Shown here: positions 1 to 8,452 of the stretch, piece after piece
Numbering within the stretch: the first letter of the stretch is position 1
Layout: every line of letters begins with the position of its first letter
Assembly (NCBI GenBank): GCA_963735345.1
Contig: CAVTKL010000013.1
Location: 193,130-257,129, forward strand
Source of the DNA: an uncultured Thermoleophilia bacterium
GTDB lineage: Bacteria > Actinomycetota > Thermoleophilia > UBA2241
Direction: 5' to 3'
Length of the DNA stretch: 64,000 nt
Made by a program: the position numbers and the translations under genes
Notes under the pieces: generated by a model
What the model was told of the DNA's origin: nothing
The model's input: the letters and a program-made list of their open reading frames with translations, nothing else
Databases searched by the model: none

Positions 1-470
1 ATCATGGCCGCGAGCAGCACCAGCGAGACGAGCTCGAACGGCAACACGTACCGGTTGAACAAGAGAGAAGAGAGCTCCCTGACGCCCGGATTGAGCGTCT
101 TCTCGCCGATCGGGCCGATGTCCGCCGCGACGATCGTCACGCTGATCGCGGCGGCGGCGAGCGCGGCCAAGACGGCGGCGGCGATGGCTTGCCGGTTGAA
201 GAACTGCCGATACTCGCCGTCCTGCACCTCGGTGAGCATGATCGCGAAGAGGATGACGATCGAGATGGCCCCGACGTACACGAGGATCTGCATGATGGCG
301 ATCAGCTCGGCGTGCAGCAGCGCATAGGCGAAAGCCACGCCGAGGAAGCACAGCACCATCGACACGGCGGAGTACATGACCTTCTTGGAGGCGACGACGC
401 CGAGCGCGCACACGAGCACCCACGCGGCGACGATGACGAACAGCCAAGGATGGAAGTCGCCGCCCGGCAT
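1..470 (-). CDS. nuoJ: NADH-quinone oxidoreductase subunit J (NuoJ), 5' portion; the gene continues past the window start
   Basis: Reverse translation from 470 gives MPGGDFHPWLFVIVAAWVLVCALGVVASKKVMYSAVSMVLCFLGVAFAYALLHAELIAIMQILVYVGAISIVILFAIML..., a multi-TM NuoJ-like sequence. There is an AAGGAG RBS 7 nt upstream. The start overlaps the stop of the upstream gene (TGATG). Confidence 0.7.
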   Translation of the reverse strand, partial: MPGGDFHPWLFVIVAAWVLVCALGVVASKKVMYSAVSMVLCFLGVAFAYALLHAELIAIMQILVYVGAISIVILFAIMLTEVQDGEYRQFFNRQAIAAAVLAALAAAAISVTIVAADIGPIGEKTLNPGVRELSSLLFNRYVLPFELVSLVLLAAM

Positions 471-2953
471 CAGTCTCCTTCGCCGTCAAGGTCGACCGGA
501 TCGCCCTTGATCGGCTCCCAGACGAAGCCGAGACCGAGCTGGGCCTCAAGGACGTGGGGGACCAGGTCGGTGACCGTCTCGCGCAGCACGTCGACGGGCT
601 GTGGCTTCCGCACGTAGAGCGACTCGCCCGCCAGGGCCGTACGGCTGAATCCGGCGAGCTCGAAGAGGCTGGTCTGCTCCAAGGCGTTGTACGGGCAGAC
701 CTCGACGCACTCCCCGCAGAACATGCAGCGGCTCTCGTCGAGCCCATAGCGCTCGAGCTGCCGTGGATTGGTGACGATCGCCCCCGTCGGACACGTCTCG
801 GCGCACTTGCCGCACGACACGCAGCCGACCATCTGCAGAGGCAGGTTGTCGGCCGTACTGACGATCATGTCGAAGCCACGGCCCATGTTGTCGTAGCAGC
901 TCGCGCCCACCTCGCTCCGGCAGACGCGGACGCAGCGTCCGCAGTCGATGCAGCGGTTGGGCTCGCGCATGATGAAATCGTGACGGAAGTCGGCGGCGTA
1001 GTCGTGGGCGTCGCCGCCGTGGAAGCGGTTGCGGAACACCTCGTACTCGATGCCGTGCCGCTGCAGCCAGCAGCTTCCGTTGCTGGGGCAGTAGCAGTCG
1101 AGACAGCGCGCCGCACCCTCCACGGCGCTCGCTTCGCTGAAGCCGAGCTCGACTTGGGCGAAGGTCCCGCGCCGCTCCTCAGGGGCAAGCTTGGGCATCT
1201 CCGACGGCGGGCACGGCTTGCTCACGTCGGTGGTCATGTCGATGAACACCGGGGGGATCTCCGCCATGCGCGCGATGCGCGGGTCGATGTCGCCCTTGGC
1301 GGTCAGGGCGTCGACGAACGGCGTCGCCCGCAGACGCGCGAGCTGCTCGGAGACGGCCGCCATGTCGGCGCCACGCAGGAAGGCGTCGATGCTCCAGGCC
1401 GCCTTCTTGCCCTGCGCCACCGCCTGGATCACGGTCTGCGCGCCGAGCACCGCGTCACCGCCGGCGAAGACGCGCGGATCGGCGGTCTGATAGGTCCAGT
1501 CGTCCACCTTGATGGTGCGCCACTTGGTGCGCTTCACGCCCTGCGCCTCGCTGGTGCCGTCGAGGGCGGGGTAGTGGCCGATGGCGGCGATGACTTGATC
1601 GCAGGCGACGATGAACTCGGAGCCCTCCACGGGCACCGGACGGCGCCGCCCGGAGGCGTCTGGCTCGCCCAGCGCCATGCGCTGCATCTCGATGCCGGTC
1701 ACTCTGTCCGCGGCATGGCGGTGAAGACGGTCGGTGATGATCCTCACGGGTGCGCACAGCAGCTCAAGCTTGACGCCCTCTTCCTCGGCCTCGTCGACCT
1801 CGCTTTCGTGGGCGGGCATCTCCTTGCGCGACCTGCGGTACAGACAGATCACCTCCCTGGCGCCCCTGCGCACTGCGGTGCGACAGGCGTCCATGGCGGT
1901 GAAGCCGCCGCCGATGACGACGACCCTCTCGCCCACGTGCACATCGCCATCGCGCTCCAGGTCCCCGAGGAGACCAGCAGCGGAGACGACCCCGTCCGCG
2001 TCCTCGCCTGGGATGCCCAACGCGTTGCTGCCGCAGGCGCCCAACGCCAGGAAGACGGCGTCGTGGTCCTCGAGCAGGCTCTCGAGCTCATAGTCGACGC
2101 CGAGCCGGATGCCCGCCTGCAGCTTGACGCCCATGCGCCACAGGACATTGATCTCCTTGTCGAGGATCTCGCGCGGCAGACGATAGCTGGGGATGCCGTA
2201 GCGCAACATGCCGCCCGGTTTGGGCATCGCCTCGAAGATCGTGACTGCATGTCCCTCGAGCCGGGCGTAGAAGGCAGCGGCGAGGCCAGACGGCCCGCCG
2301 CCCACGATCGCCAGGCGCTTGCCTGAATCCGGCTTGGGATCGACCGGCAGCAGCAGCTCGCCGTCCTGCTCCTCATCGAGGCACTGGTCGGCCATGAAGC
2401 GGTGGAGCTGGCAGATCGTGATGGACTGGTCGACCAGCTGACGGCGACACGGTCCTTCGCAGGGCCGCGGGCAGACGCGCCCGAGGATGGCCGGGAAAGG
2501 CAGGTCCTCGCGCAGCTTGCGCACACCGTTCTTGTAGTCTTGGTGCGCCACGAAGTCGAGGAACTGCGGGATCTTGATGTGCGTCGGGCAGGCGTCGCGG
2601 CAGGGTGGCGTGCAGAACGAGTTGTGGCTGCTGAGGAGCAGTTCGAGGTACAGATGGCGCATGGCGCGCACTTTGTCGGTGTTGGTGCGCACGACCATGC
2701 CCGCCGCGACGGCGGTCGTGCAGCTCGTCATGACCTTGCGCGCGCCCTCGACCTCGACGATACACAGGCGGCAGGCGCCCGAGGCGGGAAGCCGCGGCTC
2801 GTAGCACAGGGTCGGGATGTGGATGCCGACGCGGCGCGCCGCCTCGAGGACGGTCTCGCCGGGACTGCAGACCACGTCCTGATCGTCGATCGTCACCACG
2901 ATCTCGGTGGATCGGGACTGACTGCGCACGGTCGTGTCGGTGGGAGCGGCCAT
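470..2953 (-). CDS. NuoG/HoxU-like Fe-S subunit lacking the molybdopterin-like domain. Domain order is NuoG-type 2Fe-2S ferredoxin, a complete glutamate-synthase-small-subunit (GltD/NfnB)-like NAD(P)H flavoprotein module, the NuoG His/Cys-cluster and 4Fe-4S region, and a C-terminal NuoI-like 2x[4Fe-4S] ferredoxin
   Basis: 827 aa. N-terminus: CSPGETVLEAARRVGIHIPTLCYEPRLPASGACRLCIVEV (NuoG 2Fe-2S). GltD motifs follow: CTPPCRDACPTHIKIPQF, ILGRVCPRPCEGPC and GKRLAIVGGGPSGLAAAFY...VVVIGGGFTAMDCARTA. NuoG-like segments: CLDCYCPSNGSCWLQ and RCIDCGRCVRVC...GFDMIVST...GCVSCGKCAETCPTGAI. Final RCMFCGECVEVCPYNAL...SLFELAGF...SLY resembles the NuoI C-terminus. The stop overlaps the nuoJ start. Confidence 0.85.
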   Translation of the reverse strand: MAAPTDTTVRSQSRSTEIVVTIDDQDVVCSPGETVLEAARRVGIHIPTLCYEPRLPASGACRLCIVEVEGARKVMTSCTTAVAAGMVVRTNTDKVRAMRHLYLELLLSSHNSFCTPPCRDACPTHIKIPQFLDFVAHQDYKNGVRKLREDLPFPAILGRVCPRPCEGPCRRQLVDQSITICQLHRFMADQCLDEEQDGELLLPVDPKPDSGKRLAIVGGGPSGLAAAFYARLEGHAVTIFEAMPKPGGMLRYGIPSYRLPREILDKEINVLWRMGVKLQAGIRLGVDYELESLLEDHDAVFLALGACGSNALGIPGEDADGVVSAAGLLGDLERDGDVHVGERVVVIGGGFTAMDACRTAVRRGAREVICLYRRSRKEMPAHESEVDEAEEEGVKLELLCAPVRIITDRLHRHAADRVTGIEMQRMALGEPDASGRRRPVPVEGSEFIVACDQVIAAIGHYPALDGTSEAQGVKRTKWRTIKVDDWTYQTADPRVFAGGDAVLGAQTVIQAVAQGKKAAWSIDAFLRGADMAAVSEQLARLRATPFVDALTAKGDIDPRIARMAEIPPVFIDMTTDVSKPCPPSEMPKLAPEERRGTFAQVELGFSEASAVEGAARCLDCYCPSNGSCWLQRHGIEYEVFRNRFHGGDAHDYAADFRHDFIMREPNRCIDCGRCVRVCRSEVGASCYDNMGRGFDMIVSTADNLPLQMVGCVSCGKCAETCPTGAIVTNPRQLERYGLDESRCMFCGECVEVCPYNALEQTSLFELAGFSRTALAGESLYVRKPQPVDVLRETVTDLVPHVLEAQLGLGFVWEPIKGDPVDLDGEGD

Positions 2954-2959
2954 GATCGT

Positions 2960-4873
2960 CTACTCGCCAGGGCCGGCGATCGCCGCCGCCTGCTCGCTGC
3001 CGGTCCAGACCTTGACCGCGCCGAACTTGCACACCTGCCGGCAGGTGTCGCACTTGATGCAGGCGCTGGTGTCGATGACGTGCGGCAGCTTCTTCTCGCC
3101 GGCGATGCAGGAGGTTGGGCATTTGCGGGCGCAGAGCGTGCAGCCGGTACAGGCGTCGGCGTCGATGTAGTACGTGATGAGCGCCTTGCAGCGACCGGCC
3201 GGGCAGCGCTTCTCGTTGATATGCGCCTCCAGCTCATCGTGGAAGTAGCGCAGCGTGGTGAGCACCGGGTTGGGCGCCGTGCCGCCGAGCGCGCACAGCG
3301 AGCCCTCGATGACGTACGCGGAAAGCTCCTCGAGCAGTTCGATGTCTCCCTCGCGCCCGTCGCCGGCGGTGATACGCATGAGCGTCTCGAGCATGCGCTT
3401 GGTGCCCAGACGGCAGGGCACGCACTTGCCGCACGATTCGTCCTGCGTGAACTGCAGGAAGTAGCGTGCCAGGTCGACCATGCAGGTGGTGTCGTCGACC
3501 ACGACCAGGCCGCCGGATCCGACGATCGCGCCCGAGGCGGCCAGCACCTCGTAGTCGACCTGCGTGTCGAGCATCTCGCCGGGCAGGCAACCGCCCGAGG
3601 GCCCGCCGAGCTGCACGGCCTTGAAGGAGCGGCCCGGCAGCATGCCCCCACCGATGTCGAAGATGATGTGCCGCAGCGTGGCGCCCATCGGCACCTCCAC
3701 CAGGCCGCCGTTGGCCACCTTGCCGGTGAGCGAGAAGATCTTGGTGCCGCGCGAGTCGCCCATGCCCATCTCGGCGAAGGCCTCGGCGCCGTGCCGCACG
3801 ATCCAGGGAATGTTGGCGAACGTCTCGACGTTGTTGATGTTGGTCGGCCGACCCCACAAGCCCGACACGGCCGGGAACGGCGGACGCGTGCGCGGCATGC
3901 CGCGCTTGCCCTCGATGCTGGCGATCAGGGCTGTCTCCTCGCCGCAGACGAACGCGCCGGCGCCCTCGCTGATGAACACGTCGAAGGCGAAGCCCGAGCC
4001 GAGGATGTCGGCGCCCAGCAGACCGCGCTCGCGCGCCTGGACGATGGCGGCGCCCAGGCGCTCGACGGCGAAGGGGTACTCGGCGCGCACGTAAACGTAG
4101 CCTTCGTGTGCGCCGATCGCGTACGCCGCGATCGTCATGCCCTCGAGGATCACATGTGGGTTGCCTTCGAGGACCGACCGGTCCATGAAGGCGCCCGGGT
4201 CGCCCTCGTCGGCGTTGCAGATGACGTACTTGATGTCGCCCTTGGCCTTGCGCGCGAAGTCCCACTTCGTCCCGGTGGAGAATCCCGCGCCACCGCGTCC
4301 GCGCAGGCCCGAACGCGCGACCACGGCGATGACTGCCTCGGGATCGTCGTCGGCGAGCGTCTCGGCCAGAGCGGCGTACCCGCCGTTCACGAGATAGTCG
4401 TCGATCGAGTAGGGATCGATCTTGCCGTTGAGCGCCAGCACGAGGCGACGCTGCCCTTTGTAGAAGGGTATGTCGGCCTCGTTGGCCAGCGCCTCGCCGC
4501 TCACGGGATCACGGTAGAGGATCTTGTCGGCCGCGCCCTCGACGCCTTGCACGCCCGCCGCGATGATGGCGGGCACGTCCTGCGGGCGCACGTGCGGGTA
4601 GAAGAGACCCTTGGGATGGACGACGACGATGGGGCCTTGCTCGCAGAAGCCGTGACAGCCCGTCTCGACGATGGGGACGGCATCGGTGAGGCCCAGGGCA
4701 GCCAGCTCCGTTTTGATCGCCTCACGCACCGCCAGGCGCCCCGAGGCGTGGCAGGCGGTGCCGGCGCAGATGCGCAGCTCGAGGGCGCCCTCGTGCGCCA
4801 CGACGCTCTCGGGTCGCAGAGCCCGGCACAGGGCTTCGTCCACAGCCGCGGCCCGTGGCGTGACGGGGCTCAC
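2960..4873 (-). CDS. nuoF: NADH dehydrogenase flavoprotein subunit of HydB/HoxF/FdsB type: NuoF core with an N-terminal thioredoxin-like [2Fe-2S] domain and a C-terminal 2x[4Fe-4S] ferredoxin domain
   Basis: 637 aa (canonical NuoF is ~440 aa). N-terminal CAGTACHASG...CHGFCEQGP (NuoE-like). Core GRGGAGFSTGTKW...ICNADEGDPGAF (FMN/NADH site), SCGKCVPCR (N3 cluster). C-terminal CTGCTLCARKCP...CIKCDTCRQVCKFGA. GTG start overlaps the upstream stop (GTGA). Confidence 0.9.
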   Translation of the reverse strand: MSPVTPRAAAVDEALCRALRPESVVAHEGALELRICAGTACHASGRLAVREAIKTELAALGLTDAVPIVETGCHGFCEQGPIVVVHPKGLFYPHVRPQDVPAIIAAGVQGVEGAADKILYRDPVSGEALANEADIPFYKGQRRLVLALNGKIDPYSIDDYLVNGGYAALAETLADDDPEAVIAVVARSGLRGRGGAGFSTGTKWDFARKAKGDIKYVICNADEGDPGAFMDRSVLEGNPHVILEGMTIAAYAIGAHEGYVYVRAEYPFAVERLGAAIVQARERGLLGADILGSGFAFDVFISEGAGAFVCGEETALIASIEGKRGMPRTRPPFPAVSGLWGRPTNINNVETFANIPWIVRHGAEAFAEMGMGDSRGTKIFSLTGKVANGGLVEVPMGATLRHIIFDIGGGMLPGRSFKAVQLGGPSGGCLPGEMLDTQVDYEVLAASGAIVGSGGLVVVDDTTCMVDLARYFLQFTQDESCGKCVPCRLGTKRMLETLMRITAGDGREGDIELLEELSAYVIEGSLCALGGTAPNPVLTTLRYFHDELEAHINEKRCPAGRCKALITYYIDADACTGCTLCARKCPTSCIAGEKKLPHVIDTSACIKCDTCRQVCKFGAVKVWTGSEQAAAIAGPGE

Positions 4874-5628
4874 TCGACGCCCTCCCGCCGACGCAGGTCG
4901 ATGACTGTCTTGCGCGCCTTGTCCGGGGTCATGCGGCCGAGCGTCTCGCTCTCACCCACGCGCACCACCGGCGCCAGCGCGCAGGCGCCGACGCAGCTCA
5001 CGGCCTCCAGGGTGAAGAGGCCGTCCTTGGAGGTCTTGCCGACCTCCACGCCGATCACCTCCGAGAAGGCCGCGGTGATGAGCGGCGCCCCCGCCACGTG
5101 ACAGGCCGTGCCCTGGCAGACAGTGATGATGTGCTTGCCCACAGCCGAGAGGCGGAACTGATTGTAGAAGCTGACGACGCCGTAGATCTGCGAGAGCGAC
5201 ATCCCGGTCTGCAGGGCGATCTCGTGGATGGCCACGCGCGGCAGGAAGCCGTACACGTCCTGCGTGTTCTGCAGGATGGCGATGAGGCCGGTGCCGCGCT
5301 CGTAGTAGTCGTCGAGCACCGGGCGCAGCAACTGGAGGTCGATGCCGGGCTGCGCGTCCAGACGGGCGCGCGAGATGCGCGCCACGTTGGGCGCCGGGAG
5401 ATGGTACTTGCTGGAGTGCTCGACGCGGATCACCTGCACGGGGCAGTTGGTCTCGCACAGCGTGCACGAGCGACAGCGCGGCGCGCCGGTCTGCGGGTCG
5501 ACGACGACGCTGAAGAGGCCGCGGCTGCGCTCGGGCAGCGTCTCGCGCTGCTCGGGATACTGCACGGTGAGCTTCTTGGTCGGCAGGTGGCGCAGCGTCG
5601 TGCGCATGGCTTTGAGCATGCCGAGCAT
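4870..5628 (-). CDS. In-frame fusion of the N-terminal half of NuoI (one CxxCxxCxxxCP motif) with a complete NuoE/HydC-like thioredoxin-fold [2Fe-2S] domain
   Basis: Starts MLGMLKAMRTTLRHLPTKKLTVQYPEQRETLPERSRGLFSV...CRSCTLCETNCP (NuoI N-terminal signature). It then runs directly into LLRPVLDDYYERGTGLIAILQNTQDVYGFLP...SQIYGVVSFYNQFRL...ITVCQGTACHVAG...VSCVGACALAPVV (NuoE). The ATG overlaps the nuoH stop (TGATG) and the stop overlaps the nuoF-like GTG. Confidence 0.8.
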   Translation of the reverse strand: MLGMLKAMRTTLRHLPTKKLTVQYPEQRETLPERSRGLFSVVVDPQTGAPRCRSCTLCETNCPVQVIRVEHSSKYHLPAPNVARISRARLDAQPGIDLQLLRPVLDDYYERGTGLIAILQNTQDVYGFLPRVAIHEIALQTGMSLSQIYGVVSFYNQFRLSAVGKHIITVCQGTACHVAGAPLITAAFSEVIGVEVGKTSKDGLFTLEAVSCVGACALAPVVRVGESETLGRMTPDKARKTVIDLRRREGVE

Positions 5629-6749
5629 CAGGCGCTCATGACCGACACGCGGGACCGCTGCCGGCGCAGCCGCCACTTGAGGACGGGATCGAGCAGCAGG
5701 ACGAACGCCAGGAGCGCGAGCCAACTGAAGACGGCCAAGCCGTACTTCCACTGCGGCACCCAGAGCATGACGGCGCCGGTGGCCAGGATGTTGAGCAGGC
5801 CGAGGGGGATGAGGATCTTCCAGGCGAAGGCCATGAGCTGGTCGACCTGCAGCCGCGGGAGAGAGAGCCTGATCCAGACCAGCATGAACACCAGGACGTA
5901 CGTCTTGACGAGGAACCAGACGAGCGGCATCCAGGAGACGCCCCAGAAGCTGACCGCGTCCTCGAAGGGGCCGTGCCACCCGCCGAAGAACAGCGTCACG
6001 GTCACCATCGACATGATCGTCAGGCCCGCGTACTCGTTGAGGAAGAACATACCGAAGCGCATGCCTGAGTACTCCGTGCCGTAGCCGGCGACGAGCTCGG
6101 ATTCGGACTCCGGCAGGTCGAACGGGCCACGGTTCAGCTCGGCGATCGAGGCGACGTAGAAGATGAAGAACGTGAACGGCGCATAGAAGGCGATCCACTG
6201 GTAACCGGCCTGCGCCGCGACGACGTCGTCGAGGCGCAGCGAGCCGACGACCATGGCGACGACCAGCAGGGCGAGGATCATCGGGATCTCGTAGCTGATC
6301 ATCTGCGCGGCGCCGCGCAGGGCGCCGACCAGTGAGTACTTGTTGTTCGACGACCAGCCGCCGAGCAGGATCGCCAGTGTCGTGAATCCGGTGATGGCGA
6401 CGATGAAGATGAGGCCGACGTCGAGGTCGGTGGCCACCAGGCCCTTCGCGTAAGGCACGACACTCTGGATCGCCACGGCGCCGACCATGACCATGATCGG
6501 CGCCAGGGTGAAGAGGTAGGGGTCGGCCAGCGTGGGGCGGAAGTCCTCCTTGCCCATCATCTTGATGGCGTCGGCGACACTCTGCAGCATGCCCTGGGGC
6601 CCGGTACGGTTGGGGCCCAGACGATCCTGCATGAGGGCCAGGACGCGGCGCTCGTAGACGATGTTGACGAGCGCCGACACCATCACGACCGTATAGGCGA
6701 TGAGCACGAAGAGGACGGCGCGCAGGACGCCCATGAGGAGGTCGCTCAT
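5628..6749 (-). CDS. nuoH: NADH-quinone oxidoreductase subunit H
   Basis: MSDLLMGVLRAVLFVLIAY...GPNRTGPQGMLQSVADAIKMMGKEDF...EYSGMRFGMFFLNEYA...; polytopic membrane protein. Start chosen at the internal Met that gives an ATGA overlap with the nuoD stop. Confidence 0.9.
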   Translation of the reverse strand: MSDLLMGVLRAVLFVLIAYTVVMVSALVNIVYERRVLALMQDRLGPNRTGPQGMLQSVADAIKMMGKEDFRPTLADPYLFTLAPIMVMVGAVAIQSVVPYAKGLVATDLDVGLIFIVAITGFTTLAILLGGWSSNNKYSLVGALRGAAQMISYEIPMILALLVVAMVVGSLRLDDVVAAQAGYQWIAFYAPFTFFIFYVASIAELNRGPFDLPESESELVAGYGTEYSGMRFGMFFLNEYAGLTIMSMVTVTLFFGGWHGPFEDAVSFWGVSWMPLVWFLVKTYVLVFMLVWIRLSLPRLQVDQLMAFAWKILIPLGLLNILATGAVMLWVPQWKYGLAVFSWLALLAFVLLLDPVLKWRLRRQRSRVSVMSA

Positions 6750-7960
6750 CGGTCGATGCCCCCGAGGACGAGGTCCATGCTGCCCGATATCGCCACGGCG
6801 TCGGCGATCTTGTTGCCGCGCAGGAGCTTGGGGAAGATCTGCAGGTTCATGAAGCAGGGGTCGCGGAACTTGAGGCGGTACGGGTAGCGCGACCCGTCGC
6901 TGATGATGTAGGTGCCGTACTCGCCGCGCGGGTTCTCCTGCGCCGTGTAGCACTCGCCGGGGGGCGGCGTGATGGCGTAGGGGGCGCGCAACGAGCCGTT
7001 CTGGACCGCCCCCTTGGGCAACATGTCGAGCGCCTGCTCCACGATCTTCACGGACTGGCGCATCTCGTCCATGCGCACCTGGTAGCGATCGTAGACGTCG
7101 CCGTGCCGGCCCAGCGGCAGCTCGAAGTCGAGCTCCGGGTAGACGGAGTACGGGCGCGTGCGGCGCAGGTCGTGAGCGACCCCCGAGGCGCGCGCGTTGG
7201 GCCCGGTGATGGCGTAGTCGACCACGTCCTGCTGGGTGATGACGCCCTTGCCCATGCAGCGCTGCAGAAAGATCGCGTTGCGCTGCACCAGGGCCTCGTA
7301 CTCGTCGATGAGTCTGGGCATCTTGCGCATGACCTCGCGGCAGTCCTCGACCCAGCCGTCCGGCAGGTCGTAGCGGACCCCGCCGAAGCGGAAGTAGTTG
7401 AACATCATGCGCGCGCCGCTCACCTCCTCGAGCAGATCGAGGATGGGCTCGCGATCACGGAACATGTAGAAGAGCATGGCCGTCCCCAGCGGCGCCAGAT
7501 CGGCGGTGAACGTGCCGACGGCGACCAGATGGCTGGCGATGCGGTTGAGCTCGGCCATGATCACGCGGATGAACTCCGCCCGCCGCGTCGGCCGTATTCC
7601 GGCCAGCCTCTCGACGGTCATGACGTAGCCCCACTCGCAGTTCATCCCCGCCAGGTACTCCGTGCGATCGACGATGGGGATGTACTGGTAGTAGGTGCGC
7701 TTCTCGGCGATCTTCTCTTTGCAGCGGTGGAGATAGCCGACCACCGGGATCACGTCCTTGACGAGCTCTCCGTCAAGGGTGACGACGAGCCGCAGGACTC
7801 CGTGCGTCGAGGGATGCTGCGGCCCCATGTTGACGATGACCTCGTTGAACGTGAGGCCCTCCAGGTTCGAGCCCTCGCCGAGGGCGTACGCCTCGTCGAT
7901 GCGCCGCTGCGCGAGCTTGACGGCCTCGTCGGGAAGGGCTGTGGCGAACTGGTCAGACAT
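6746..7960 (-). CDS. nuoD: NADH-quinone oxidoreductase subunit D
   Basis: 404 aa; NMGPQHPSTHGVLRL..., NCEWGYVMTVERL..., RxxDPCF... Confidence 0.92.
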   Translation of the reverse strand: MSDQFATALPDEAVKLAQRRIDEAYALGEGSNLEGLTFNEVIVNMGPQHPSTHGVLRLVVTLDGELVKDVIPVVGYLHRCKEKIAEKRTYYQYIPIVDRTEYLAGMNCEWGYVMTVERLAGIRPTRRAEFIRVIMAELNRIASHLVAVGTFTADLAPLGTAMLFYMFRDREPILDLLEEVSGARMMFNYFRFGGVRYDLPDGWVEDCREVMRKMPRLIDEYEALVQRNAIFLQRCMGKGVITQQDVVDYAITGPNARASGVAHDLRRTRPYSVYPELDFELPLGRHGDVYDRYQVRMDEMRQSVKIVEQALDMLPKGAVQNGSLRAPYAITPPPGECYTAQENPRGEYGTYIISDGSRYPYRLKFRDPCFMNLQIFPKLLRGNKIADAVAISGSMDLVLGGIDR

Positions 7961-8447
7961 GCGGGTGGTTCTCGATGAGGTCGACGTAGTCCTTGCGCAG
8001 CGGATACCCGACGAAGTCGTCCTTGAGCAGGATGCGGCGCAGGTCGGGATGATCCGTGAAGCGGATGCCGAACATGTCCCACGCCTCGCGTTCGAGCCAC
8101 TCGGCGGCCGGCCACACGTCGCAGACGGTCACCACCTCGGCGTCCGTGGACGGCAGCTCCACGTACAGCTGGAAGTACGTGTTGGTCTTCCAGCTGTAGA
8201 GGTGGTACACGCTTTCGAGACGCGTGACCCGGTCGACCCCGGCGATCCAATTGAGCGTCTCATAGCCGATCTCGGCTTCAGCCTTGAGCCGGCGCGCCAC
8301 GTCCTTGAGCTTCGCCTTGTCGCAACGCGCCACGACCGTGTCCGGTTCCTGCACGCGCACGTCCTCGAGGTCGCCGGCGAAAGCGGCCGCCAGACGCTCG
8401 GCGATCGCATCCATCGCCATGAGGTTCGCGCCGATCTCCAGCGCCAT
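7953..8447 (-). CDS. nuoC: NADH-quinone oxidoreductase subunit C
   Basis: 164 aa; ...YHLYSWKTNTYFQLYVELP...EREAWDMFGIRF... Confidence 0.88.
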   Translation of the reverse strand: MALEIGANLMAMDAIAERLAAAFAGDLEDVRVQEPDTVVARCDKAKLKDVARRLKAEAEIGYETLNWIAGVDRVTRLESVYHLYSWKTNTYFQLYVELPSTDAEVVTVCDVWPAAEWLEREAWDMFGIRFTDHPDLRRILLKDDFVGYPLRKDYVDLIENHPHV

Positions 8448-8452
8448 GCGCG

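Noticed and set aside
554-5101. Long plus-strand ORFs (590 aa at 554-2326; 899 aa at 2402-5101) antisense to the nuo genes
   Set aside because: They are Arg/Ala/Gly-rich, low-complexity translations typical of antisense frames in 70% GC DNA. The minus-strand frames give unambiguous Nuo homologues.
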